Shown piece after piece: positions 10,472 through 19,887 of a DNA stretch of 46,860 nucleotides; within the stretch, counting starts at the first letter, position 1; the number at the start of each line of letters is the position of its first letter. Made by a program: the position numbers and the translations under genes. The notes beneath the pieces are model-generated. The model ran no database searches and was not told the origin of the DNA. It saw only the letters and a program-made list of their open reading frames with translations. Origin of the DNA: Opitutus sp. GAS368 (GTDB lineage Bacteria > Verrucomicrobiota > Verrucomicrobiia > Opitutales > Opitutaceae); contig CAMAVZ010000015.1 of the NCBI GenBank assembly GCA_945861645.1, positions 1 to 46,860 on the forward strand, in the 5' to 3' direction.

Positions 10472-11887
10472 ATGATAACTAAAGATGCTAAGCTCCCCTT
10501 TCGTGAAATGCTCGCCTTTGGCTGCGGCGATTTCGCTTCCGTGCTGTATTGGCAAACGTTCATGCGGTATTTGCCTTTTTATTATACCGATATTTTTGGC
10601 CTCACCGCGGGTGCGTTGGCGACGATGCTGTTGGTGAGTCGCATTTGGGATGGGGTGAATGACCCCATCATTGGGCTGCTCGCTGATCGCACCGAGACGC
10701 GCTGGGGAAAATTTCGTCCCTTTATTTTATTCGGGTGTGTGCCGTTTGCAATTTTCGGAGTCTTAACTTTTACCACGCCCGCTTTTGGCCCGGCCGGTAA
10801 GCTCATTTGGGCCTATCTTACTTACAACGCGCTGATGATGCTCTATACGACCGTGAACATTCCTTATAGCGCGTTGATGGGGGTGATGACGAGCGATCCG
10901 ACTGAGCGCACGCGACTCTCGTCAATTAAGTTTATTTTTGCCTTCACCGCGGGCATGGTAATCTCGGCGACGCTTTTGCCTATGGTGCGGGCCCTGGGAG
11001 GCGACCACAACCCGCAACTCGGCTGGCAGTTGGCCTTCGGCCTCGTGGGCGTCGTGGCCGTGGGATTTTTTCTGATCACAGTTTTCGGCACGAAGGAACG
11101 TATCAAGCCGGCGGTGGAGGAAAACACTTCGGTGCTGCGAGATTTGCGTTACCTCGTGGGCAATCGAGCTTGGGTGCTCCTGCTTTGCACGACCCTGACT
11201 TGGATTCTCTTCATCGCCCTACGCAGTTCCGTCTCCACCCACTACTTCAAATATTATCTCTACAACGGCTTGCCCGAAACGCAGCTGCCTTTTCTGGGGC
11301 AGAGCTTTACCCTCGATGGGCTGGTTTCGACCTTTAATACCCTCGGTCAAGCGGCTTCGGTGGCAGGGGTGGTGCTGCTCAGTTTAGTGGCCGCCAAGTT
11401 TCCCAAGAAGCTTATCTTTGTGACCCTGTTTATTCTGCAGATTGGTTGTACGGCCGCCTATTTATTTCTGGCGCCCGGTCAGCTCGGAGCAATTTTCACC
11501 TTGGAAATTATCGGCAGTTTCTTGGGGGCGCCCTTGCCGGTGTTAATGTGGGCCATGTATGCCGATACAGCTGATTATGGTGAATGGCAGAGCGGGCGCC
11601 GCACGACGGGGCTCGTCTTCTCGGCCTCGACGATGAGCCAAAAATTTGGTTGGGCCCTCGGGGCCTTCCTCGCCTTCCAATCGTTGCATTGGGTGGGTTT
11701 TATCGCCAACGAGATTCCCACGCTGGCGGTTAAGAGCAGTTTAGTCCGGCTGATGAGCATTTATCCCGCCGCGTTGGGCGTGCTCTCCATTGTGATTTTC
11801 CTATTCTATCCCCTTAGCGAAAAGCGTATGGCGGTGATCAATGACGAGCTGAAACAGCGCCGGACTGGTCTCACGGAGGTAGCTTAA
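10472..11887 (+). CDS. Glycoside-pentoside-hexuronide (GPH) family sugar:cation symporter (MFS_2)
   Basis: FGCGDFAS, DGVNDPIIG..ADRTETRWGKFRP, NIPYSAL, ADTADYGEW..GRR; about 12 hydrophobic segments. Confidence 0.93.
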   Translation: MITKDAKLPFREMLAFGCGDFASVLYWQTFMRYLPFYYTDIFGLTAGALATMLLVSRIWDGVNDPIIGLLADRTETRWGKFRPFILFGCVPFAIFGVLTFTTPAFGPAGKLIWAYLTYNALMMLYTTVNIPYSALMGVMTSDPTERTRLSSIKFIFAFTAGMVISATLLPMVRALGGDHNPQLGWQLAFGLVGVVAVGFFLITVFGTKERIKPAVEENTSVLRDLRYLVGNRAWVLLLCTTLTWILFIALRSSVSTHYFKYYLYNGLPETQLPFLGQSFTLDGLVSTFNTLGQAASVAGVVLLSLVAAKFPKKLIFVTLFILQIGCTAAYLFLAPGQLGAIFTLEIIGSFLGAPLPVLMWAMYADTADYGEWQSGRRTTGLVFSASTMSQKFGWALGAFLAFQSLHWVGFIANEIPTLAVKSSLVRLMSIYPAALGVLSIVIFLFYPLSEKRMAVINDELKQRRTGLTEVA

Positions 11888-11952
11888 AGCGCCGCGCGGC
11901 AGCGGATTTTGACCAAGCTTGCTTGTTTTGAGGGAACTGACAATTTTTCACT

Positions 11953-13143
11953 ATGCGACCTGAGGTCCTGCTTATTTTCCTAACTCGCTTCGAGGAGAGC
12001 TTGGGGATGTTAAAAGGCATTGCTCATTATGAGCGTACGCACCAGGTCTGGACCGCTTTTCACGATGAACAGGCGCGGGCAGAAATGGACCCGCACTGGT
12101 TGCGCAGTCGGCAATGGAACGGGGTGATCAGTCGGCACACCACCCCTGCGCTCGTGAAGGCCTGCGCTCAGCGAAAAATACCGCTCGTCGATTTAAACGA
12201 CATCAAGATTTATCCGGGCGTCCCCAAGATTCGCCCCGATAACGTCGCGTTAGGCCATCTGGGCGCGGAGCATTTCCTGGAGCGGGGCCACGTAAATTTT
12301 GGCTATAGCGGATTTTCGAGCGAGCTTTGGTCGGCTGAGCGACGCGATGGGTTTCTTGAGGCGCTGCATTTGGCGGGGCGAAACTGCGCGCTCCATGATG
12401 TGAATTATCCCGGCGACCTGAATCCGATCTGGGATCCGGCGCAGATCGACGCGCTCACCGCTTGGCTAAAGGCCCTCCCTAAGCCGGTCGCCATAATGGC
12501 CTGTAATGATATGCGCGCGCAGCAGATTGTGACGGCCGCGACGCTAAATGGGATGATGGTGCCTGAGGAGGTCGCGATCTTGGGGGTGAACAACGACCCG
12601 ATTCGCTGCGAATTATCCTATCCGCCACTGTCGAGTGTGGCGCCTAACGCTTTTCAGTCGGGCTATCACGCTGCCGAGGTGCTGGCGGAGATGCTGGCGG
12701 GGCGGAAGCCCAAGAATTATGATCAGCGCATAGAGCCGCTGGGGGTAATCACGCGGGCGTCAAGTGATGCGCTGGCGATCAATGATCGGCACGTCGCGGC
12801 CGCGCTCAATTTTATCCGCAAAAATGCCTGTCTGGGGCTGAAAGTGGAGGCTTTAAGTAAACCAGCTTTTGCTTCTCGGAGTCAGCTGGAGAAAAAGTTT
12901 CGTCAATATCTGGGCCGTTCCCCGCAAGCTGAGATTCGGCGCGTGCAAGTGGCCAAAATTCGCCAGCTGCTGATCGAAACTGATTTTCCCCTTAAAAAAA
13001 TTGCTGACCTCACCGGCTTTGAGCACGTGGAGTATATGTGTGTTTTATTCAAGCGGGTGACGGGTAGTTCGCCGGGTTTATATCGCAAAAATAATCAGGC
13101 GACCTTCGCTCAATTTAGCGAAGAACGAGGCGCCACTGGGTAG
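11953..13143 (+). CDS. xylR: XylR-type transcriptional regulator (LacI-like ligand-binding domain plus C-terminal AraC HTH)
   Basis: KPVAIMACND, VPEEVAILGVNND..CELSYPPLSSV, then SRSQLEKKF..YLGRSP and IADLTGF...FKRVTGSSP; symbol is family-level only. Confidence 0.88.
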   Translation: MRPEVLLIFLTRFEESLGMLKGIAHYERTHQVWTAFHDEQARAEMDPHWLRSRQWNGVISRHTTPALVKACAQRKIPLVDLNDIKIYPGVPKIRPDNVALGHLGAEHFLERGHVNFGYSGFSSELWSAERRDGFLEALHLAGRNCALHDVNYPGDLNPIWDPAQIDALTAWLKALPKPVAIMACNDMRAQQIVTAATLNGMMVPEEVAILGVNNDPIRCELSYPPLSSVAPNAFQSGYHAAEVLAEMLAGRKPKNYDQRIEPLGVITRASSDALAINDRHVAAALNFIRKNACLGLKVEALSKPAFASRSQLEKKFRQYLGRSPQAEIRRVQVAKIRQLLIETDFPLKKIADLTGFEHVEYMCVLFKRVTGSSPGLYRKNNQATFAQFSEERGATG

Positions 13144-13153
13144 AGGCGGCGCG

Positions 13154-13250
13154 GCAACCATTCTCAATTTTGCTGAGATAGGTTGCGGCAATGATTCTCA
13201 ATGCTTCTGCAATTGAACTCATTCCCTTGCCGGAGGGTTTGCCCTATAAA
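13154..13250 (+). promoter_or_regulatory. Three direct repeats plus -10 upstream of the TonB-dependent receptor
   Basis: gcaaccattctcaat (13154-13168), gcaatgattctcaat (13188-13202), gcaattgaactcatt (13209-13223); last two 21 bp apart; TATAAA at 13245-13250. Confidence 0.65.
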
Positions 13251-13339
13251 GGTGCTGTATGCTGTGGAAACCCCTTAGCCTACACGCTGGGCTGCTTTCA
13301 GTTCAGTTTACCTCCGCTAGCCTAACCACCCCTAATAAT

Positions 13340-16300
13340 ATGAATAGTCTTAATTCGCGACTGCGAGCCTTGCTGCTCACTTCCGCTCTGGGTCTCATGA
13401 CGGTGGGACACCTGACCGCGCAAACCACGGCTAAGCCCGTGGCCCCTAAATTAGATGACGATGAAGCCATCGTGCTTTCGCCCTTCGTGGTCAGCGCCGC
13501 GGAAGACGCTGGCTATACGGCAAAAAATACTTTGGCCGGAACGCGCGTGCGGACTGAGTTGAAGGATGTGGGCTCGGCCATTTCCGTGGTCACGGCAAAA
13601 TTTCTCCAAGATACTAATTCAAAGAACTCCGCCGATCTGTTAGTTTACACCACGGGCACCGAAGTAGCGGGTCAAGGGGGTAACTTTGCCGGCGGTGGTG
13701 ATGGGGCGATTATCGCCGACGGCTCCTATGTGAAGCCGGTCGCCAATACCCGCGTCCGCGGGTTGGCCGCGGCCGATAATCTTCGCGATTTTTTCCTAAC
13801 CGATATTCCTTGGGACTCCTATAATGTGGGTCGTGTCGATTTACAGCGCGGGCCCAATTCGATCCTGTTCGGTATTGGTTCTCCCGCGGGCGTGATTAAC
13901 AGCAGCGTCAATACCGCTAGCCTTAAGAACGCCAACAAGGTGGAAGTGCAAATTTCGGACCTCGGTTCAATTCGCGGCACGCTCGATCTCAACAAGGTAA
14001 TCATTAAAAATGAGCTCGCGATTCGCATTTCCGCTTTACAGGACAACACTAAATTCAAGCAGGAGCCGGCCTATAAGGACGACAAGCGCATGTACGGCGC
14101 GCTGCGTTGGGAGCCCAAAGCTTTCGCTAAGAACGGTGCGCATACTTCCTTCCGTGCGAATTACGAGTCGGGTGATATTAAGGGCATCAATCCTCGCTAC
14201 GCCCCGCCCATCGACGCAATCACGCCGTGGTTTGCGAACATGAACAAGGCTACGTATAACTGGCAGGACTCTAACCAATTGACGGACCGTACGAGCGCTC
14301 GCTTTAGCCCTTACGTGGGCGCAGCTGGTCAGCGTATCTGGGACGGCAACGTGGTAACATTTACAGATCCAGCGAGTACCTCCCAGAGCGGTGCGTTTAG
14401 TGCGACCGCCCAAAACTACCCGCTCAATCAGCCGGGCGCGAACAACAATACGACCAACGGTAGTTATAAGGGCATTGTAACCTATAATCAAATCGCGATG
14501 GGGCTGCGTTTGCCCGGTTACGCCATCAACCCGTACAAGGCTAAGTCCCTCACGGATGCTTCAGTATTCGATTTCTATAATCATCTCATCGAGGGTGAGA
14601 ATCGCAGCAATACCAGCAACTTTAAGGCGCATAACCTGACGCTTAACCAAACCTTCATGGACAACAAACTCGGTTTCGAGTTGGCCTATGATAAGCAGGA
14701 CACAAAGTGGGGTTATCGGAACTTTCTTGCTTGGGATGCTGCGGCAATTTCGGTGGATATCATGAACACCTTTATGGATGGTTCAGCTAATCCAAACGTA
14801 GGCCGCGCGATGGTTATCGGTGGCGGTGGATCGGCCGGCAGCGGCAGCACCCACCGTATTCGTGAATCGGTACGGGGAACCGCTTTCGGCGAGTTTGATT
14901 TCAAGGATGTGCTCAGCGAGCAGAACCTGCTGGCGCGTATTCTGGGCCGCCATGTCTTGACCTGGAGTGGAGCGAGGCAAGCTAATGACTCCACCAACCT
15001 TGGTTGGAACAACTGGTTCGTGGGCACCGGTTATGGCCCCACCGCGATGTCCTCCGTGGGGCAATCCTCCCGCGATGCAACCACAATCACTTATCTCTCG
15101 CCGAAGTTGACCGGTTCTTCTGCGTCAGGGCTTAACCTCTCGCCTATCACGGCGCGGCAGCAGGCCGCCAGCACGACAGTTAAGCAATGGGACACGGTCT
15201 CGAAGAGCTTCACGAACTATGCTCTCCCGATTGTGAATCCGAATGCTGATACCTACACTGAGGCTACTCGGCCGTATACGCAGGTCAGCATATCGCGGGA
15301 CGAGATCAATTCCCAAGTCTTCGTTTGGCAGGGCTACCTCTTCGACGGCGCCTTGGTGCCAATGGTTGGTTGGCGCCGGGATGTCGCTGAAAACTTTGAT
15401 GCGGGTTCCCCCAATAAAGTGGGTGGCTTGGTCACCAATTTCGCCGATCCACTTTACCGAATTCCCACGGGCCAGGCTGAAGCCGGCAGCGGTAAATATA
15501 AAGAGCGCTTGTACAGCATCGTCACTGGCACGACTCATACGAGCAGTCTAGTGGCGCACCTCCCGAAGCGGTTCAGCAAGAATCTTCCTTGGGGTTTAGA
15601 TGCGAGCGTCTTCACGAGCTCATCAGCTAACTTTCAGCCTGATGCTTCCCGTAAGGACATCATTGGCGGTCGGATTCCTTCGCCGAGTGGTGATACCAAG
15701 GATTACGGTTTCGTGGTCTCAGCCTTGGAAGGAAAAATCGCGCTCAAGGTTAATCGTTACCATACGACCGTGGCTAATGCGACCCTCTCGGGTGAACTCG
15801 GCAATGCCTACCTGATTGGTGCCGGCGAGGCTTGGGGTAACGTGCACGCCAAGCGGCTCGCCCGCGGCGATGCTGGTGACAGCTCCGCTATCTGGGATAA
15901 TTTCGGCACCACCTCAGCAGCCTCCGCTTATGGTGCTGGGAAAATCGTCCAGTGGCAACCTGCCGACTCCGGCTTAAAAGACCCGTCGAAAGGCTATGAT
16001 TCGGGGACCAACCCCTACACCCAAGCTGCCTTGGATGCGCAGTACTCAATCCAACGCAAGTCGGTCGATACCTGGAATGCTAATCCAATTCCGCTCTCGA
16101 TGCAGGTTGCTTGGGGTATGACTGATTATGCTACCGGCGGCGGCAGTTGGAGCATGAACAGTGTAGCCGTCACCGGTGACACCGACTCGCGTGGTACGGA
16201 ATTTGAGCTCGCGATTAATCCAATCAAGGGGCTCGACGTTTCTATCAATGCCTCCAAGACGGACGCTAAGCGTCTCAATATTGGTAAAGCTTACTCGGAC

Positions 16301-16849
16301 TGGATCGAGGGGCGTTACTTGCTCTATAAAGGGCCGATTGGCGACATGCGCATGTGGGGTAACGGCAATTGGGCTATCCCCGAGGATTCGGGTGGCACGG
16401 TGCGGTCTAAATTTAACGCCGAAACTTATCCCGCCTACCAACTCGCGTTGGCTCTTAACAATAGCAATGTCCCCGAGCTGCGCCCTTGGCGCTTCAATGC
16501 CGTCGCGAATTATTCGTTCAGCGAAGGTATGTTCAAGGGGGCGAATATCGGTGGTAGCTACCGCTGGCAGGATAAAAACGTCACAGGCTTTAAGCTCAAT
16601 AGCGCCAAGAATGGCTACGACGTGAATGATCCTTGGTTTGGACCTAAGGAGACTGCGTTCGATCTCTGGATTGGCTACGGCCGCAAGATCTTCTCAGATA
16701 AGATCAATTGGCGGATGCAGCTGAATGTTCGCGATCTCTTCGCGAAGAACTCCTTGATTCCGATCACCGTGCAGCCAGATGGGTCACCGGCCGCTTTCCG
16801 CATTCATGAGCCGCGGGTGATTTCCTTGAGCAGCTCGTTCGAATTCTAA
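13340..16849 (+). CDS. TonB-dependent outer-membrane receptor (Opitutaceae-type), probable glycan importer
   Basis: Signal peptide from ATG 13340 (ORF track starts at 13259); LSPFVVSAAEDAGY...TLAGTRVRT; plug RVDLQRGPNSILFGIGSPAGVIN; C-terminal Phe (SSSFEF). Confidence 0.92.
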   Translation: MNSLNSRLRALLLTSALGLMTVGHLTAQTTAKPVAPKLDDDEAIVLSPFVVSAAEDAGYTAKNTLAGTRVRTELKDVGSAISVVTAKFLQDTNSKNSADLLVYTTGTEVAGQGGNFAGGGDGAIIADGSYVKPVANTRVRGLAAADNLRDFFLTDIPWDSYNVGRVDLQRGPNSILFGIGSPAGVINSSVNTASLKNANKVEVQISDLGSIRGTLDLNKVIIKNELAIRISALQDNTKFKQEPAYKDDKRMYGALRWEPKAFAKNGAHTSFRANYESGDIKGINPRYAPPIDAITPWFANMNKATYNWQDSNQLTDRTSARFSPYVGAAGQRIWDGNVVTFTDPASTSQSGAFSATAQNYPLNQPGANNNTTNGSYKGIVTYNQIAMGLRLPGYAINPYKAKSLTDASVFDFYNHLIEGENRSNTSNFKAHNLTLNQTFMDNKLGFELAYDKQDTKWGYRNFLAWDAAAISVDIMNTFMDGSANPNVGRAMVIGGGGSAGSGSTHRIRESVRGTAFGEFDFKDVLSEQNLLARILGRHVLTWSGARQANDSTNLGWNNWFVGTGYGPTAMSSVGQSSRDATTITYLSPKLTGSSASGLNLSPITARQQAASTTVKQWDTVSKSFTNYALPIVNPNADTYTEATRPYTQVSISRDEINSQVFVWQGYLFDGALVPMVGWRRDVAENFDAGSPNKVGGLVTNFADPLYRIPTGQAEAGSGKYKERLYSIVTGTTHTSSLVAHLPKRFSKNLPWGLDASVFTSSSANFQPDASRKDIIGGRIPSPSGDTKDYGFVVSALEGKIALKVNRYHTTVANATLSGELGNAYLIGAGEAWGNVHAKRLARGDAGDSSAIWDNFGTTSAASAYGAGKIVQWQPADSGLKDPSKGYDSGTNPYTQAALDAQYSIQRKSVDTWNANPIPLSMQVAWGMTDYATGGGSWSMNSVAVTGDTDSRGTEFELAINPIKGLDVSINASKTDAKRLNIGKAYSDWIEGRYLLYKGPIGDMRMWGNGNWAIPEDSGGTVRSKFNAETYPAYQLALALNNSNVPELRPWRFNAVANYSFSEGMFKGANIGGSYRWQDKNVTGFKLNSAKNGYDVNDPWFGPKETAFDLWIGYGRKIFSDKINWRMQLNVRDLFAKNSLIPITVQPDGSPAAFRIHEPRVISLSSSFEF

Positions 16850-16893
16850 GTGATTAAATAAATCCTGCTGAATTTTTCAGTGGTTTGAATTCC

Positions 16894-16927
16894 AAGTCCG
16901 GCGATGAATAATCGCCGGACTTTTTTT
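16894..16927 (+). terminator. Rho-independent terminator after the TonB-dependent receptor
   Basis: aagtccggcgat-gaata-atcgccggactt perfect 12-bp stem running into a T7 tract. Confidence 0.9.
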
Positions 16928-17143
16928 ATCTACCCGCAGGAGCGCACACAGCTCTGGGCCCGCCGCGAAGTAAGGGGTGAGTCCTGAGTAACCGCATCAA
17001 TCGCCAAGCATCAGGGCTCGTGCTAGCCGGTACCAAGAGGCTTGTTTGAGCCGCAGGAGTCACGCTTTTCAGAGCCAGTGAAATTAGGGATTTGTCATGA
17101 CTTTCCCTTGCGACTGCCTGGGCCTTGGCTTCATATTAAGTGG

Positions 17144-18442
17144 ATGAGTTCACCGCATGGGTTGACCCGCGGCGTCGTCTGGTCCGCGGCCCTGGGAATA
17201 GTATTTGCCGCCTTCGGTTGTTCGCGCGAAGTAGCGCGCCCAGTCGCGGCGCTGGTACCGCCGGTTACGGTGGTGGCGGCCACCGACTGGTTTTGGCCTC
17301 AAGAGGTAGCGGGCGCGGCTGAAAATAAACCGTGGATTTCGCACGTTAATATCAGCGACCTTGATCGTGATGGGTTGGCGGATATTTTATTTTGCGACGC
17401 GAAGCTCAATGCGGTGCTCTGGATCCGCCAGATCGCGCCTGGTCGTTTCGCGGAACCGCAGGTCTTGGGTGCGGCACTGTCGGGGGTGGTGCACGTGGAG
17501 GCGGTGGACATGGATGGCGATGGGGACCTCGATTTATTGGTGGCCTGCATGGGCGAATTATTCCCCAACAATGATAAAATTGGTTCGGTGCTTATTTTAG
17601 AAAACGATGGCGCGCAACATTTCACCCCGCATGTGCTTGCCGAGCATATTGCTCGGGTGACTGATGTGCGCGCCGGCGATTTTGATGGCGACGGTAAACT
17701 TGATTTGGCGGTCGCGCAGTTTGGCTACGATCAGGGAGAGATCCGCTGGATGAAAAATCTCGGGGGGTGGCAATTTTCTAGTCACGTTTTGCTCAGCCTC
17801 TCTGGGGCGATCAATGTTTGCGTGGCGGATATGAACGGCGACCGCACACTGGATATCGTGGCGGTGGTATCGCAGCAACATGAGGAGATTTATTTATTTG
17901 AAAATAACGGCCATGGGGAATTTACGCCCAAAAAATTATTTGGCTCCACCAATGAGGATTTCGGCAGTAGTGGCCTCAGTTTATGTGATCTGAATCGCGA
18001 TGGGCGGCCGGATATTTTGTATAGTAATGGAGATGGTTTTGGCTATGCGGACCCCGGAGCCCGTCCGTGGCATGGGCTCCAGTGGCTCGAGAACCTCGGC
18101 CAAGGTTTTTTTCGATTCCATCGTATCGGTCAGCTTTCTGGGGCTTACAGTCCCGTTGGGGTCGATCTCAATGGCGATGGGGCAATGGATATCGTTGCAG
18201 TCAGCGGATTCAACGACTGGTCCGATCCCGCGGCGGCGGCCCTCGTCGTTTTTGAGAACGATGGACAGATGAATTTCACCCAAAAAGTTTTAGCGCACGC
18301 GCCGACCCAGCTCATCACTTGCGCGGTGGGATCGTTGGATGGCTCGGGCCGGCCGGCGATCGTCACTGGGGGCAATTATTCGTATCCCCCCTTTGATCAT
18401 ATGGGGCGGGTCACACTTTGGCGGCAAAAGCCCAAGCCATGA
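17144..18442 (+). CDS. FG-GAP/VCBS-repeat beta-propeller protein, probable lipoprotein
   Basis: Repeated DxDxDGxxD loops (DLDRDGLAD, DMDGDGDLD, DFDGDGKLD, DMNGDRTLD, DLNRDGRPD, DLNGDGAMD); hydrophobic leader ending AAFG-C from ATG 17144 (ORF track starts at 17042). Confidence 0.82.
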   Translation: MSSPHGLTRGVVWSAALGIVFAAFGCSREVARPVAALVPPVTVVAATDWFWPQEVAGAAENKPWISHVNISDLDRDGLADILFCDAKLNAVLWIRQIAPGRFAEPQVLGAALSGVVHVEAVDMDGDGDLDLLVACMGELFPNNDKIGSVLILENDGAQHFTPHVLAEHIARVTDVRAGDFDGDGKLDLAVAQFGYDQGEIRWMKNLGGWQFSSHVLLSLSGAINVCVADMNGDRTLDIVAVVSQQHEEIYLFENNGHGEFTPKKLFGSTNEDFGSSGLSLCDLNRDGRPDILYSNGDGFGYADPGARPWHGLQWLENLGQGFFRFHRIGQLSGAYSPVGVDLNGDGAMDIVAVSGFNDWSDPAAAALVVFENDGQMNFTQKVLAHAPTQLITCAVGSLDGSGRPAIVTGGNYSYPPFDHMGRVTLWRQKPKP

Positions 18443-19884
18443 GAGCGGTCCAAACCAACCAGCCTTGGCTGATCGGTGGTATTTTAATCACACTGGCTCT
18501 CGCCGGTGGGCTCGGGCTCGCCGTCAGTAGCCAGCACCAGCGGACAATAATCTTAAATCATCTGCCCCCGGCGCCCGTTTTTAGCTCTCGAGTGGCGGGC
18601 TTAAAGGCGCGGGTGGCGAGCGCTGAGGGGAGCGCCCGGAGTTACTGGCGGCCAGGGACCGGCCTGGCGGAGCTAAGCCGGCTTTATCAAGCCAACGGAT
18701 TTTATAACGAAGCGCTGCAGTGTTTGGCGGGGCTGCAACAGCTTGAGCGCGCAGAGGCCCGCTGGCCCCATTTGCAAGCCGCCATGCTCGGCGAATTTGG
18801 GCAACTGGATGAAGCGCTCCCAGCGCAGCAGCGCGCCGTCCTCTTGGCGCCCAGCTATGGGCCGGCTCGCCTGCGCCTCGGCGATATGCTCCTTAAAACC
18901 AATCAGACCGTGGCCGCAAATTTGGCTTATGCGGAGGTCCTACGGCGTGAGCCGGCTAATCCGTATGCGTTGCTCGGTTTAGCTAAGAGCGCGGTAGGGC
19001 AGGGGAACTGGGTGGAGGCCGGCGCCTGGTTGCAGCAGGCCCGCGACGCGCATCCTGATTTTATTGGCGGGCTTTCGTTGCTGGTGACCGTGCGCGAACA
19101 TTTAAATGATCAGGCGGGGGCAGATGCCTTGCGGGCGATGATTGGCAAGCGAGAGTTTACGGAACTGGCGGACCCTTGGCGTGACGCGCTAACGGATGAT
19201 TGTTATGATCCCTATTTGCTCAGTGTTGCCGCGGCGAAGGCCAATTTTTCGGGAGATGGCAAGACGGCCCGACGTTGGCTGGAGCAGGCCATGGCGCTCG
19301 CCCCGACGGATCACGCCTATCGCCGACAACTCGGCAAGCTGCTCTTAGAAACGCGAGAATTCGGGCCGGCGCAGTGGCAGCTGGAAAAAGCGGTCGCGCT
19401 CGCCCCGGATGATTCTGAAGCTTGGAGCCTGCTGATTTTATTATTTAACGCGCAAGGCAATCGAGCGGCGGCCGAGCGAGCTTTAGCTAGCGGCTTGGTT
19501 TATTGCCCGTCATCAGCGGCCCTCCGATATACCAACGGGCAAAGGCTCAGTCAGGCGGGTCGTTATCCGGAGGCGATTAGCGAATTGCAGATGGCGCGCC
19601 GCTTACGGCCTAACGAAGCGAATGCTTCGATCGATCTTGCGCTGATTTATTTCCGGCAAGAGCGCTTGGCTGAGGCGGTAGCTGAACTCAAGACTGCGCT
19701 GACCGTCCAACCGGGTCATCCACTCGCGTTGGGCACCTTGGCGCGTTACGCCATTGGGACGGCGGATGAACCGGCGGCCCGACATTGGATCCGGCAGCTC
19801 CGGCTGCAGCCGCGGGTTCCGCTAGCTGATCTCAACCAGATAACAGCTGAATATCAGCAGCTCTTTAAGCGTGCCCCTTGGTAA
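18439..19884 (+). CDS. Tetratricopeptide-repeat protein with N-terminal membrane anchor
   Basis: ATGA overlap with the upstream stop; TM segment WLIGGILITLALAGGLGLAV; repeated TPR-like units (AVLLAPSY, LRREPAN, AMALAPTD, AVALAPDD, RRLRPNE, LTVQPGH). Confidence 0.82.
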   Translation: MRAVQTNQPWLIGGILITLALAGGLGLAVSSQHQRTIILNHLPPAPVFSSRVAGLKARVASAEGSARSYWRPGTGLAELSRLYQANGFYNEALQCLAGLQQLERAEARWPHLQAAMLGEFGQLDEALPAQQRAVLLAPSYGPARLRLGDMLLKTNQTVAANLAYAEVLRREPANPYALLGLAKSAVGQGNWVEAGAWLQQARDAHPDFIGGLSLLVTVREHLNDQAGADALRAMIGKREFTELADPWRDALTDDCYDPYLLSVAAAKANFSGDGKTARRWLEQAMALAPTDHAYRRQLGKLLLETREFGPAQWQLEKAVALAPDDSEAWSLLILLFNAQGNRAAAERALASGLVYCPSSAALRYTNGQRLSQAGRYPEAISELQMARRLRPNEANASIDLALIYFRQERLAEAVAELKTALTVQPGHPLALGTLARYAIGTADEPAARHWIRQLRLQPRVPLADLNQITAEYQQLFKRAPW

Positions 19885-19887
19885 AAT

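Noticed and set aside
13184-13202. aatgattctca resembles half of a Fur box upstream of a TonB receptor
   Set aside because: The other half does not match; the sequence is better explained by the direct-repeat motif shared with five other promoters
16928-17100. Possible structured RNA or REP-like element (gagtcctga/tcagggctc stem; gggctcgtgct also at 1060-1070)
   Set aside because: Only short matches and one modest stem; no recognisable RNA family
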